Assembly: GCA_012295275.1 (NCBI GenBank)
Contig: CM022665.1
Coordinates: 20,274,001 to 20,338,000, forward strand
Direction: 5' to 3'
Length of the DNA: 64,000 nucleotides
Source of the DNA: Chrysomallon squamiferum
Lineage: Eukaryota; Animalia; Mollusca
Part shown: piece after piece, positions 10,972-23,705 of the stretch
How the letters are laid out: each line of letters opens with the position of its first letter
How positions within the stretch are numbered: position 1 is the stretch's first letter
Made by a program: the position numbers and the translations under genes
Notes under the pieces: generated by a model
The model's input: only the letters and a program-made list of their open reading frames with translations
Databases searched by the model: none
Told to the model about the DNA's origin: nothing

Positions 10972-13900
10972 ATGTGAGAGATTTGCATATTTTTTTCTTT
11001 AAAATGTTTTGTGTAAATTTTAATTAAATATTTCTGCAAATAAAATCCAGTGAAATGTAATTTTCGACTTGTTTATATTTTATTTTTATTATTATTAACA
11101 TTTTTTTTGCTATATTTTATCAATGGATATTACTTTTACACTACTCAGCTGAATCGGTCACATCTACTTAACTCCTCTGAAATTACATTTTATTAAGAAT
11201 ATTTTTAAATATTTGTATGTATAAGGCTTTTGTTTTTCTTTTTCCAGTGATTATGGCAGTTTTGTTTTGTTTTTGTGTGTTTGTATGTTTTGCCTTTATT
11301 TATATTAATTTTTTTTATTTTATATCTTTTTGCAGTGATGATGTCAAAAGCTCGAAGAAAGCATAGGCTATACAGTTTGTATTTTGCTTGTTACATAACT
11401 CGTTAAATATATTCATTTGTCACGGGAAATGGAGGACATCTTATTGAGAAGTATTAAACTTGTTTTGTGTATTTTCATACCTTGTTCCTGTTACAACAGT
11501 GGAGTTTATTTTATTTTTTTTAAATATACATATATTCATGTTTTCTGCTATAATGCAGATGGAGATTTTTACAAAAGAATGATACATACCTAGAAATGTT
11601 AACATGGGGGTTGCTGCTTTCTTGAATTCATTTGAAATTATTATTATACTTGCCTTGTTCTCTATTCATTCACATTTTTAAAAATTTTATTCCCCCACCG
11701 TTAATGTTAAAAGCACTTTGTTAAAACGATAATTGTAAAGTCACTTCATTTTGAACACTCTTTAACAGTTGACAGATTAGGCAGCACAAACATAATCCCA
11801 TTTGTTCAGAAAACAACATTAGTTAGGCTAAAACAGCAAAGATAACAACTGTGGTTTGAAAGAGTATTATTTTAATTTATAAAAGGCTCCAGATATTGTT
11901 TTTGTTAAACGATTAGATTGTTCTCAGTCGTGATATACTTTGGTTACTGTTTATGGTGATATTGCTGAATGTTTTGATGCCAGTTTATAAGTTGTATTAT
12001 AAGTGAACGTTAAGGAAAGAACAGTTTGCCAGTATGTCCATCATTACTGGTTTGTTTTTTTAATCAGTTTGTTGTTTGTTTATTCCCAAAGAAACATAAT
12101 TGACTACAAAATAAAACACACAAAAAAAGCAAATACTAAAAATGTAGTAATAATAATACAAAGTTAAAAAAAGAAGAAGAAGCTTGAAATGATTATTATT
12201 TGGATAGAAGCAAAGTGGTTAAAATAAATAAGTCACTTTGTCAATTATGCCTCTTTCATTGTGTTGTGAATGTTGAAATTATATTTAAGTAATTTGAGTT
12301 ATTACTTGAAAAATTACAACATTCTGCTTTTTTCCAATAAGAATGTTTTTGGTTTTTTTTACAATGCATTGATAAAATTATACAGATGAAATGTTTAATA
12401 ATTTATTGAAACCATAATACATTTTAAACTTCATTTTTAGTAGTATTTTATTTTAATTAAAACATTTTTCTTTCAGAGAAATTCCTCCTTGTTTTAATTA
12501 TTTGTTGTTTTAAATTAAATAAAAAGTTAATTTTTATTATTTTACCTCTCAGTTAAAAATATAATTTTTAAGTATCTGATGGTATCCATTGGAGAAGAGA
12601 AAAAAAATATTAAATGCTGGTTATTATTTTTAGGACTAGTTTCCTATTTTTACTTTTATTAATATATACAATTTCTTTCTTTTTCCTCATAATTTTATTC
12701 TAGTTTGATAACAAAGATCATAATTGTACAAAGTTAACTGTAGTTGCTTTGAGAATGAATGAAAGTTTGTATTTGTCATTTCATTCATCCATTGTTCATC
12801 AGGATCTCACTGTAGACTTATAATGCCCAGAATGACAGCTTCACATGGGCATAAACATAATTTTCATTATTTTGTTCTTTTGTCTGTTTCATGTTTTTTT
12901 TTTTTTGTTGGTTTGTTGTTTTTTTATGTTGACAAGTCTTTTCAACAAAAAAAAAAAAAAAAAAAAACTAAAAAAAATGTTCAACATGAATTTACCAATA
13001 AAAATAATTGCAAATTATTTCATTCTTTGTCTGTTTTCATTAAAGATTACATTTCAAATACAACAAAGTTAAAATTTTAAAAACAGTAGATCAGCAATTT
13101 ATGAGGCAGTGTCCTTCAAACTGAAAAGTGTTAAAAATGTTTTAATGCAACACTAATTTTAACACTATATGTTATATACTCACCAATTTCAGTGTTAAAT
13201 ATTAAAATATTTTTTGTTCATAGAAAATATTTGCCATTTAATGACAAAAAGCATTTGACATATTTCAAGTTTGACTTCATAACATTCAGAGAGATAGATG
13301 CTGTTTGTTGGTAGAAAGATGTGACACGTCACAGTTACCAAGGTTTCAAAAAAAAAACCATTTAATATAAAAAAGTTTATAATTTTGATCAATAAATTAC
13401 CCAGATACAACAGATACATTATGCTGAAACATACAGGAGAGAGTGTATGCTATCACTCAAAGAATTATCATGTCAAAAATGGCAAGCTCTGTTCCAGGGA
13501 AACTCCAGTACTTTTTGCTTGAGAACTAAATTAATTTTGTTTCTTCTTTTTGTTCTGCTTCTTTCACAGTTAACAGAAATAATTTATGATGAAATTAATA
13601 TACACCATCCCAGAGAATCTTGAGTACTTTTTACTTCTCAGCTAAATGAATTATTTTTTATTCATTACACCAGTACATTCTGTAAATGTGGTTTCCAATT
13701 TGCCTCTGTCTCCATAGAGTTAGCATGTAAAAGTGACATTTGGCCATGTGACCTATCTTAAACCTTTGTATTTTTTATTATATACATGCATACATACACA
13801 CACACACACCCTCCATTCACCAGACCTAAAAGGGTAAAGGCTGGCCAGAAAATCAGAATACAGATTTTCTGAAGGATATTAGCATTAATATTAATATTCA

Positions 13901-15798
13901 CAATTTACTGAATAATGTACAGAGCTATATTTACTTTAAATTCACAATCTGTCGAATAACACACAGAACTAAATTTATTTTAAATCCACAACACGAATGC
14001 ACATATGGCCAGTGTAAACAGAGTGAAACACTATGGGAGAAATGTTTCAAAGCTACTTCACTAGATTTGAGAATATTTTCCAGATATATATGTGTGTGTG
14101 TGTGTGTAGGTATGCTCACAGATTATGTGATGTTCAAGGAATTAAAATGATGTTTTCTGAATAATTAAATGGTATTTTTGAAACACAGCTATGAAATTAT
14201 TAACAGAAATTTTTTGCTATCGCATTCATACACTTAACAAAAAACTTAAGGTTTAGGATGTAAAAAATAATGATAAAAGTTAAATATTACATAATAAGTA
14301 TTTGGGATTTCAAAATTCAGTGGGGAAGTTCACAGAAATACGTATTGTGCAAGTTTGTTTTCTTTGTTTTTTTCTGTTTTTCCATCTGATTATAAAACTG
14401 AATAGCCTTTATTCCAACCAGAAAATTCTGCTCACTACTGGTCTATTCAGATGTGTAAATTTCTCTTATAACATCTTCATCTGAGACAACATATGAAAAT
14501 ATTAACTACAAAGTGATAAAAATAACTGTTATAATACAGTTAAAATAATAACAAAACAAGAAGAACTAATGAAAAGCTTTATTTACTGTAAAAACAACTT
14601 CAGAACAAAGTTTTATTTAGTTATTAAAACATTCATCATAAAACGATGAAATATTTCCTTTTCTTAAAATTATTCCATGAACATAGAATAATATCCCAAA
14701 CAAAATTTCGTGAAGATCAGTAAAGGGTAAACACAGACCCAGTACCATGGGTACGAAACCAGGTTTACAACAGTGTGTACCTGGACTTGCAATATTAATA
14801 ATACAATTTACAAGTATATCAATTGTTATCAAAGACAGAATGCCACTGTCTATTCTTCAATACACATACATGGAACAAAACAAAAGAATCAAAATGTCTA
14901 CCACTAAAATCACTAGATCAATGTTGAGAAATTAACACTACAGTTAATACCATAAATACTTTTGTATATTCACTTCTTAATGATTTCTGTAACAGAAATG
15001 TTATAAATATTTTATATATCATAGTTTAAAAAAGCAAAAAACTCTGTCTACACAATTTAAGCACAAATTATACATTCATTATTAAAAAAAAAAAAAGCAT
15101 TAAACAATTGCTTGTAAATAAAAAAAAATATATTAATTTCTGAAAAACAAGTAAACAAAGTCAAAATTATCAAGTCCAATAAATAAATGAAACATACTAG
15201 CTATTTTAACAAACGAACAATAATATAAAAGTAAGTAAAATTCTGGAAAGTACATCTTTACATAAAATATATAACATCTTCCATATTTAAATTAACATCA
15301 CCTTAGTTTTCACAACTTAATTATTTTAAAAATATCAATGTCAAATGTATAATTTATAAATATTGTGTTTTGTTGAAAAGTGTTCTATTAAAATTGTTTT
15401 GTTGAAATGTTTTGTAAATTTTGTGCTGAAATGTTGTACATTGTGTTTTATTAAAATGTGTTTTGCTGAAATAATACAGTTTTATCAAATGTTTGTAAAC
15501 TGTCAAGTATTGGTAATATTTTGTAAATCTGTTATGTTTATCCAACTCACAATGTTAAAATTACTAATTAAAAAATCTAAAAACAAAAATCTCCAACACA
15601 ACATATATAACAATCAAATGACCACCCCTCTGTCTACTTCTGTTTTGTTTGTAATCAATTAATAATAATAATAATAATAATAATATAAAATTAAAATGTA
15701 TTTTTGTGTTGTTAACCGAATATGTATTTGATTTTTTGCCACACATATATATGTATAACATAACAAAATACACAAAGTTAATTATTTTCTGTCAGTGT

Positions 15799-16187
15799 CT
15801 AGCCACACCTAGAATCCCCTGCTGATTTCATTCTCAGATAACCAGGATAACAACTATTACAAAAACCTTCTTTAGCAGGGTTGCCATAGTTGTTACAAAA
15901 TGTAACTTTACACGGCTTGGCTGATTTCTTTATATTCTCAACTTTTGACATCACTTGGGTGAACTTTAATTCCGAGCCTATAATCATCTGTTCCTCAACA
16001 GCAGACGACTGTGGTGTTGATTGTGCAGATTTGTAATAGCATGATGTACACTTGTCCCCAGTTGCTGGATCACCATATTTAGTACAACCAACAGTGATGC
16101 ATTTTCTGCCATGGGGTTCAGTGTGGGCACGGGAGGGCAGAGCTGGACCAGGAACAACAATTGGAACTGTAAGACTGTGGTTCTGAA
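15799..16187 (-). CDS. TNFAIP3: A20-like last exon (two zinc fingers)
   Basis: CITVGCTKYGDPATGDKCTSC and CKVTFCNNYGNPAKEGFCNSC; TAG stop. Confidence 0.92.
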
Positions 16188-19100
16188 CTGAATAAAATAA
16201 AATAGAATAGAATAAAATAAAATAAAATAAAATAAAATAAAATAAAATAAAATAAAATAAAATGAAATGAAGTTAAATAATAAAATAATGTAATTAATGT
16301 TGAGAAAATGTTTTTGATGACAAAATAAATACTAAAACACGCACATTTACTTATAACAGATCTTTCCTAAACTTAGAGAGAACTGAATAGAACAACTGCA
16401 CATTATAATTTTTACAATGTCATGATGAATATTTACAATATTTTGTGTTGGAACAGAAGTTTGTAGCATTAAGACTAATTCATCACCCCCAAAAATGCCA
16501 AATTCTGGGATGATGGAATCAAAGCTGCCTCAAAGATCATGAAATGGAACAAAACGGAATACATGTGGTTGAATAAATATGTAAATATTGTCTTTGAATT
16601 ACACTTTAAAAAAATTGTAAACTTCTATTTAAACCCAATATTTACACTGACAAGATGGGATTATGGTGCTGATATAAATTAAAATTATTTTTATTTATTA
16701 TTATGTATTTAAGTTTTTCTAAAGATGAACACTAGAAGTACATACCTGGAATGTTGTATTCTGTTGTTTGCTTTTCTCGGGGACTGTTCATTTTCAGGAT
16801 ATGATAACACTTTGCACACAGAGGCTGGAATGGACTGACCATCTCATTACATCTAGGACCGGCACATTTCCTTTTGTCATCAGAAGAACTGAGAGATGAT
16901 CCAGTCTCAATGAGGTTCCTACTCTCAAGGTCACAAAAACGTTCCATCTCTGGCATGGCAACACTTTCCACTGGACTAGATCTAGTGTGGTCAGAACATT
17001 TCTCACACAGTCCAGATTCAGTGTTCTTCATCCTCTTTCCACTGCAACCCGGAGTAGCACAAATAATTTTTTCTTCCAATGGGTCAGATATCAGGCGTAT
17101 GGCACATTCTGTACAATATCCGTCATTATGCTGCAGTCCAGCATTGCGACAATTCACTTCTTTACATTTGATGATTCTTCTAGGTTGGGTGTCAGCTGGT
17201 GGCAATTCCCTGCTAAGTGCATTCTCAACATAACACTGAGCACATTTGTTTCCAAGGTTGGGTTCTCCTGTCCCTGAACAGTGTGGAATGACACACTTCT
17301 CCCGAGAACACGATTCCTGTGTTGGCACAGTCACTGGTCCTGCACCAAACAGCTCATCAGCAGAATTTCTTATTTCTGACATTGCCTTGCTCTTTGCTGG
17401 ACGTCTGTTCACTTCTGCATTTCCAGTAGTGTCATTGCCTGCAGCCTGGAAGTTAAATTGGGTTACTCCTACAGACTGGGAGTTAATGTGTGATGATCCT
17501 GCAGCCTGAAAGTTAGATTGGAATGCTCCTACAGCCTGGGAGTTAGATTGGGATGCTCCTACTGCCTGGGAGTTAGATTGGGATGCTCCTACAGCCTGGG
17601 AGTTAGATTGGGAAAATCCTGCAGCCTGTGAATTAAACTGGGATAATCCTGTAGCTTGCAAGTTAAACTGGGATAATCCTGCAGTCTGGGAGCTAGATTG
17701 GGAAACTCCTACAGCCTGGGATAATTCTGCACCCTGGGAAAATCCTGCAGCCTGAGAGTTAGACTGGGATACTGTTAAAGCCTGGTAATTAGTTTGGGAT
17801 AATCCTCCAGCCTGTTTCAAACCAGCAAATGTTTCATTCTCATCTTTTAGCTGTTTCTCCTGTTGTTTTCTTTCTGAACATTCATGACACAATGGAAACG
17901 TAGTCACAGAACATCTGTAGCCACAACCATTCTGACAAAGCTCTCCCATCAGTGACGACATGTTAACATATTCACTGCTGTTTAGAGGCATTGATGGTGG
18001 CGGGGCTGAAGGTTCAACAGCTACAGTTGCAGGAGTCAGCAGTGGCTCATTCTTCAAATGCTCTGAAAGACATTTTGTACACATTCCACCCTGAGCAGGA
18101 TTTCCGAAAAATGCACAACCAGGGGTTTTACACACAGTGGGTGCGAAGAGGTTACTTGCGTGCTGGGTTTCAAGTGTGCGATTTGCTGGTGTTGCTGCTG
18201 TCTGTCTTGAGGCTGTTGTGATAAGTGCTTCTCTCTGACAATGATGCTCAGTATAAAACTGTTCAAACTCAGTGAGGTACTCCTGTAAAAAGTCAAATTC
18301 TGGAGATAATGTTTTGTATTTGATCAGTGCTCCAACGTGACTACTTTCACTGCTGCTGAATTCTTTCAGCTCCAGATACTTCTTCAGAACCTCGTCTGGT
18401 CGCCTCTCGTTAACAAGAAACCGAACTTGGAGGCTAACTCCTGATCTTGTTACCAGGGGCAGATAATCTTTCTTATTGCTGGCATCACTTTTTTGTCCAA
18501 GCAGGGGACAGAAGTGACTGAGGCTGAAACCGAGAATGATGGGACATGAACTGCATTCATCCGGATTTCGTTCCAAGGGCAGATAAATTCCAGCAAGGTT
18601 GTTATCCTGAATATCCGATCCACTGTAAGTCTGAACTGTGTTCTTTGCCAGGATTATGATTGGTCGCTTGAAGATGTTGGCTAATATGAAGACATGGATG
18701 GCTTCAAGATGGCGGTATGGCATTACTGCAATGTTGGTTGTAGTGTCAGCACGAGCATCCTGAACAACACGAGACCATTCCCTTTCCCACTGCTGATAAA
18801 ATATTAAATTTTAAACTTCTTTTGTTAAGAAAGACAGTGCAGTTAATTTGCCCTCAACTTTATAAAAAAGAAACACAAATACAAATTTTTAATTAAAAAT
18901 ACTTGTTATCACCTGATGGTACACAGAACAAAACATATACCACACTTGTTAAAAGAAATTGTGAGCTCATTACTTTGTTACAAATAACATGATTACTTGT
19001 AAGTAACACTTAACTGTACCTATTAACATTACTTCCTTGTTAAATAAACTCTGGTAAATATCTTTCTACTGTCTATCAAACTCTGTTATTTCTTGTAAAT

Positions 19101-20578
19101 AATTCAGTTAAAAAAAAAATAATTGATTTAATAAACTTGTTAATATCTTTCTTCTGTCTGTCAGATTCTGATATTACTTGGAAATAATTCAGTATAATTA
19201 AAATACTAGATTAAATAAACTTATAAATATCTTTCTTCTATCAAATTCTGATGTTACTTCTAAATATTTCAGCAACAAGTAGAAACTGGTTTGTGTATCA
19301 TTTATCAATGTATTTACAAAATAAAAATGTATTCCATGTATTTAGAATTTGTGTTTTAAGTACATATAAATCTATTTATTGTTTAACTCAAACAAATATT
19401 ATTCAGCAACTGTTTAAATTTTAATTATTAAACTTTGTAATTAAATACATTCAGAGAAATAACCAAATAACTGTATACTTGTGATACAAATATGAAGTTG
19501 AATTGTTGTATTTAAATGCATGTCATCTATAAAACTATTCTAAATATGCATGAAATTAGCATCATGCAGTCCAGTCATGCATAAAAATTTTCGGAACATT
19601 TATGCAAAAGAAATCAGAATTCAGAATAAAAGGTTTTACATACTTCTTCATCCATGCTGACGCTGTGAAGACTTGGTCTGTTGAACATTTCATGGTCGTT
19701 TATTTTCTGATAGTTTCTCCACCGAGTGTAGAAGACTTTACGAGGGTCACTCATGACTGTGATTGCCATCAGACGTCTAACATTCAGATTTAAATCCTCC
19801 ATACCCCAGACAGCCATACACAAAGCATGAATCAAACAATTTCCATCACCTGATCAAAACATATATGTGAATCAAGAGAAAAATTATTAAAACTTGGCCA
19901 TAACATTTTTCTTTTTTCTAAACATTTTTTTTTTTTTAAAGAGAAGTAGTTTCTAAATTAAGTACAGAGATATTCTAAAATACAAAACAAATATGTTTGT
20001 AATGTGATGATATATATTTATAAAATTGCAATGTGTTAAGAAATAAGTCAGTTTTTGATACAACAAATTAAATCAGAAACAGATTTTGGTCTACATAATG
20101 TTGTTGTTTTTTGCTGTTGTTTTTTTGAAGATTTCATTCTTTTTTTTTTTGTACAAAAATAAATAATTATAAGAAAGCAAAAAATATACTGTATTTTAAA
20201 TAAAACAAAAACTTAATATTAAAATAAATAAGAAGCAAAATAAAAAAAATAATATGAAAAAAAGATATATTTACTTTTAACTTTAACAGGGTGAAGATCA
20301 ATGGCTGCAGAACACCAATTAATAACGCCCTCCCTCTCAAGGTCATTTTTCATGTCAGTATCACATACTGTTGACATAAACAAATTTCTGAACCTTAAGT
20401 CTTTATCATGCAGAGATGGCAACTGAACCAGACAGAAAGGAAAATCTCCTAGAAAACAATATGGCATCCTCTTTTTTTCCTGATTATAATCTACATGGTT
20501 CAGAATTTCTTTATCCAATAGTCTAGCCTTCAGCAGGTTAACCTCATAAAATTTTTGTGGCATCTCTGGAACAGCCAT
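15799..20578 (-). CDS. TNFAIP3: TNFAIP3/A20-like OTU deubiquitinase with 8 A20-type zinc fingers, ~981 aa
   Basis: Coding exons 20578-20275, 19849-19644, 18792-16746, 16187-15799 (2946 nt = 982 codons). The N-terminus MPQKFYEVNLLKA resembles A20 LPQALYLSNMRKA. It has INWC, catalytic SDGNCL, LEAIHVFILANIFKRPIIIL, GIYLPL, and the catalytic His in SHFCPL, followed by eight C4 fingers. Confidence 0.9.
16191..16263. repeat. (TAAAA)n pentanucleotide microsatellite adjoining the last A20 acceptor
   Basis: Direct reading of the aataaaataa run. Confidence 0.9.
16746..18792 (-). CDS. TNFAIP3: A20-like large exon (OTU C-terminal half, six zinc fingers, decapeptide array)
   Basis: Overlaps ORF 16732-18723; tttatcag acceptor (NAGNAG), ag|gtatgt donor. 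Confidence 0.93.
17437..17815 (-). repeat. Coding 30-bp minisatellite (SQSNSQAVGA-type decapeptide, about 12-13 units)
   Basis: Repeated cagcctgggagttagattgggatgctcct(a/g) on the + strand. Confidence 0.9.
19644..19849 (-). CDS. TNFAIP3: A20-like exon with catalytic Cys (DGNCLIHALCMAVWG)
   Basis: atcag acceptor, gaa|gtatgt donor. Confidence 0.92.
20275..20578 (-). CDS. TNFAIP3: A20-like first coding exon
   Basis: ATG at 20578; donor a|gtaaat; the exon's 5' UTR part extends to an acceptor at 20658-20660. Confidence 0.88.
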
Positions 20579-21292
20579 GATTTTAGATAAGATATCTAAC
20601 AAATCTTATAAATAAAAACTCAGTAGAAATGACTAACTTTGTTTTCACAGGTGTAAACTGAAAAACAAAAACACATCTCAGTATTAGTTATGCACTGTCA
20701 TCAGTATGAAATGTATCATAGTGAATGTAATTATAATTAAATATTTAAAAAAAAAAAAAAAATTAAATACATAATTAAATTAAAATGTTTATATAACAAC
20801 AACTACATTGAATAAAATTATTATTATTATTATAATTATTATTATTATTATTTCTTTGATTGCTTTGGGTGTATTTGTGTGGGTATGTGGGGTTTTTTTT
20901 TTTTGTTATTTGTTTTATTTTTTAATAAGTTACAAATATATTCAATTTAATGTCGACATTGTTACTAATTTATTAAATGTAAAACTTTTATTTAGTTTTC
21001 CTATCAAATATTAAAACAAAAATTGAATATGAAAGTACGAAAGATTAAAATGAGTCAAATTTAGTCGTTATCAAATCATTATGATTATCTGATTATGATT
21101 GTCATGATCATTTATTAATAAAACATACGTTTTTATTATAATTTTTTCCCCTGAAATAAAGTACTAGATATCCTGTATTAATTCGTAAAACATTGACTGA
21201 AATTTAAAGTATGTATCAAAATATAAAAGGAGTAAAGTAAAAACATATAACGTACCTCAAACTTTACTTACTTCGTAATATAGAAATCAGAA

Positions 21293-21344
21293 GGGAAATT
21301 TTTCTAGGGGAAATCCCATTTGTTAATCTCAACATTTCATTGGA
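21293..21344. promoter_or_regulatory. Putative A20 promoter: tandem NF-kB-like sites plus CCAAT box
   Basis: GGGAAATTTT 21293-21302, GGGGAAATCCC 21307-21317, ATTGG at ~21340. Minus-strand donors (gag|gtacg at 21255, gaa|gtaagt at 21271) lie just downstream, suggesting a short non-coding first exon. Confidence 0.6.
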
Positions 21345-23522
21345 TAAAATAAACGACGGTAGAAATAGAGACTATTACTTCTCTGTTGTATGGAGTTTCT
21401 TGTCTGTTAAGCGATCCATCAAAATGCTTGTTTTCTATTTTTAGTTAGTTTTTATACTAATAACTGAGAAAAGCAAATCTGTTTAACATTCAGTTAACAA
21501 AACTTATGTACAATAATAATATTTATTAGTTTATTTATTTTAAAATATATGTAAGTACAAATCTTATTATAATTTTTACGTTTTTCTTTCTTGTTTTGTT
21601 TGTCTTCATCTATTTTAATTATTTTTCTTTTTGTTGTTTTTAGTCCAGAATAATTCTGAATTTATTTGTATTAAATTTTAATTTCCAGTTAGATCTTTGT
21701 ACTACAGGTCTACGTCACTTAATTTTTATTTTATTTTATTATTTCTTTTTATCATAAAGTTACATTTTCATAGATTCCAAATACATATTTCGGTTTTCGG
21801 ATATAGGAGAAAAGGTTAGATCGCAGTAATGATAACATAGATATATGTTATTAAGCTGTAGATAAAAGTTTCTTTTAGTCATCACAGTTATCTGCCCTTA
21901 ACAATCGTTACATTGCATGTCTAGGTGCTAACGCAGCAGTTTTCTTTTCGTTTTTATTGTGCTGAATAATTTGGTTGGTATTACTATTTCATTGAATTAT
22001 TGTTATTAGGTAAAGACTGAAACTGGGGGTAGAAAATGATTATTTCTGTGTTTAAATTGTTAGTTGTGAATTTAAAAGTCCAGTCAGTGACTGAGTCATC
22101 AGTCATGGGACAGCGCAACGATTTTGTTTCCTTGTAACTCACTAACTGTGAGTGTAAAGGGGGAAAAAAAAGAAGAAATAAGTACGCCAGAATAAAACTT
22201 GTGTTTTATATATACAAATGTACGCCTTGAAAAGTCTTGCTTCTTCATTAACAAAATAATGTTTTTGTGTTGTTATATTTCTTATTACCATAATTATAAT
22301 AAATATTTTGTGAAGTGAAACTTAAAACTATTCTTATTTGAAGAAGAATATAGTAAAACCTTCTTTTAAAATAATAAATAATTAAATGGGCGTCATTATA
22401 TATCTGATACTTTTAAATCTATGGATTAAGGGGTGGTGCCTGGATTCAGCTGCCTTGTCAGATGTTGTTGAAATTTGGACAGTGCAAGAACAAGAAAAAA
22501 GTATTTCTTTTAAGTAGTGCCATAAATAGGTAAACAAAAAAAATATATATATATATATTTTATCTCTGTAAAATTTAGGACAAATCAACTGCATTGCCTT
22601 CCCTAACCAAAAAGATCCCATATGCCCTTATTTAAAAAGTGATTCAGTGAGAAAATATGATCATTCAGTGAATTGGTACACAGATCAATAATCTGAAGAT
22701 TTGCTACTCTTGTATAGCTATATCAATAACAACCAAGCATCATAATATTAGGTTTTTCTAGTCTTGTATTCATCTTACCATATCACTGTCACATATAAAC
22801 ATTAATAATTGTTTCAGTAATCTACTATTTTATAATAAACATGCTGTCTCTGAATGTTAATACTTCATAATCAGTATTATCTAAATGAGTAAAAATGTGG
22901 ATGTTTGAATAAATGTTCAATTATAGATATTTATTTTTTTATTATTTATTTAGTAGTTTTATATATTTTTTTTATTTTATAGATGTCTGCTCTTAAAGTA
23001 GATAAACAGGGTATAGTTTTGTGTAACAGTTTTGTGGAATTTTATCCGTAACTGTAGAAATGCTGAAGTGAAAAACATCTATTTTGAAATTTGCTAGCAG
23101 TCTGATGGTTGCTTATGTATATTGTTATTTCTGCAGTGATCTGAAAATCATTTTCATTGTATTGATAAAAAAAAAAATTAATTTATTTTATTTTATTTTA
23201 TTTTATTTTTTCTACAATCACATCTTACGTTGTGGTTATTTGTTACAAATATATATATATATGTATTCACTGTATAACAAAAAAATGTAACAATTGTAAT
23301 TCAATTCAGTAGTTGTTACAGATTTGTGACATAATTTAATATGTTCATATGTCTGTTGGTGAATATTTCTTTTTCAGCAAATCCTGCAGTATTTGTTTTA
23401 TATTTTGTTAAATTAGACTTATGAGATGTATTTTATAAATGTATAATTTATGCTTACTTGCCTATTGTTTATTATTTCTATTTATTTATTTATATGATTT
23501 TTTTTCTTTCCAGTTTTACACA

Positions 23523-23705
23523 ATGAGAGTAATACAATCATTCACTCGAAGTTTTTTGACCATCATCGGTTTCATCGTGAACCCCTTAGTAAACATCATC
23601 TACAGCATCATTTACTTTAATGATAAAAAATCTGTTCCTCCTGTCGTAAATGAAATCTTTTTTCTAAGTGCTACGACACTTGCCAAGAAAATCCGAGCCA
23701 GACAG
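23523..23705 (+). CDS. FAAH2: FAAH2 coding exon 1
   Basis: Acceptor at 23511-23513, ATG 23523, LSATTLAKKIR, cag|gtatat. Confidence 0.88.

Noticed and set aside
14329-14337. Minus-strand UUCUGUGAA matching the Roquin CDE core downstream of A20
   Set aside because: The stem does not extend beyond 3 bp, and it lies beyond candidate poly(A) signals at ~14578-14617.
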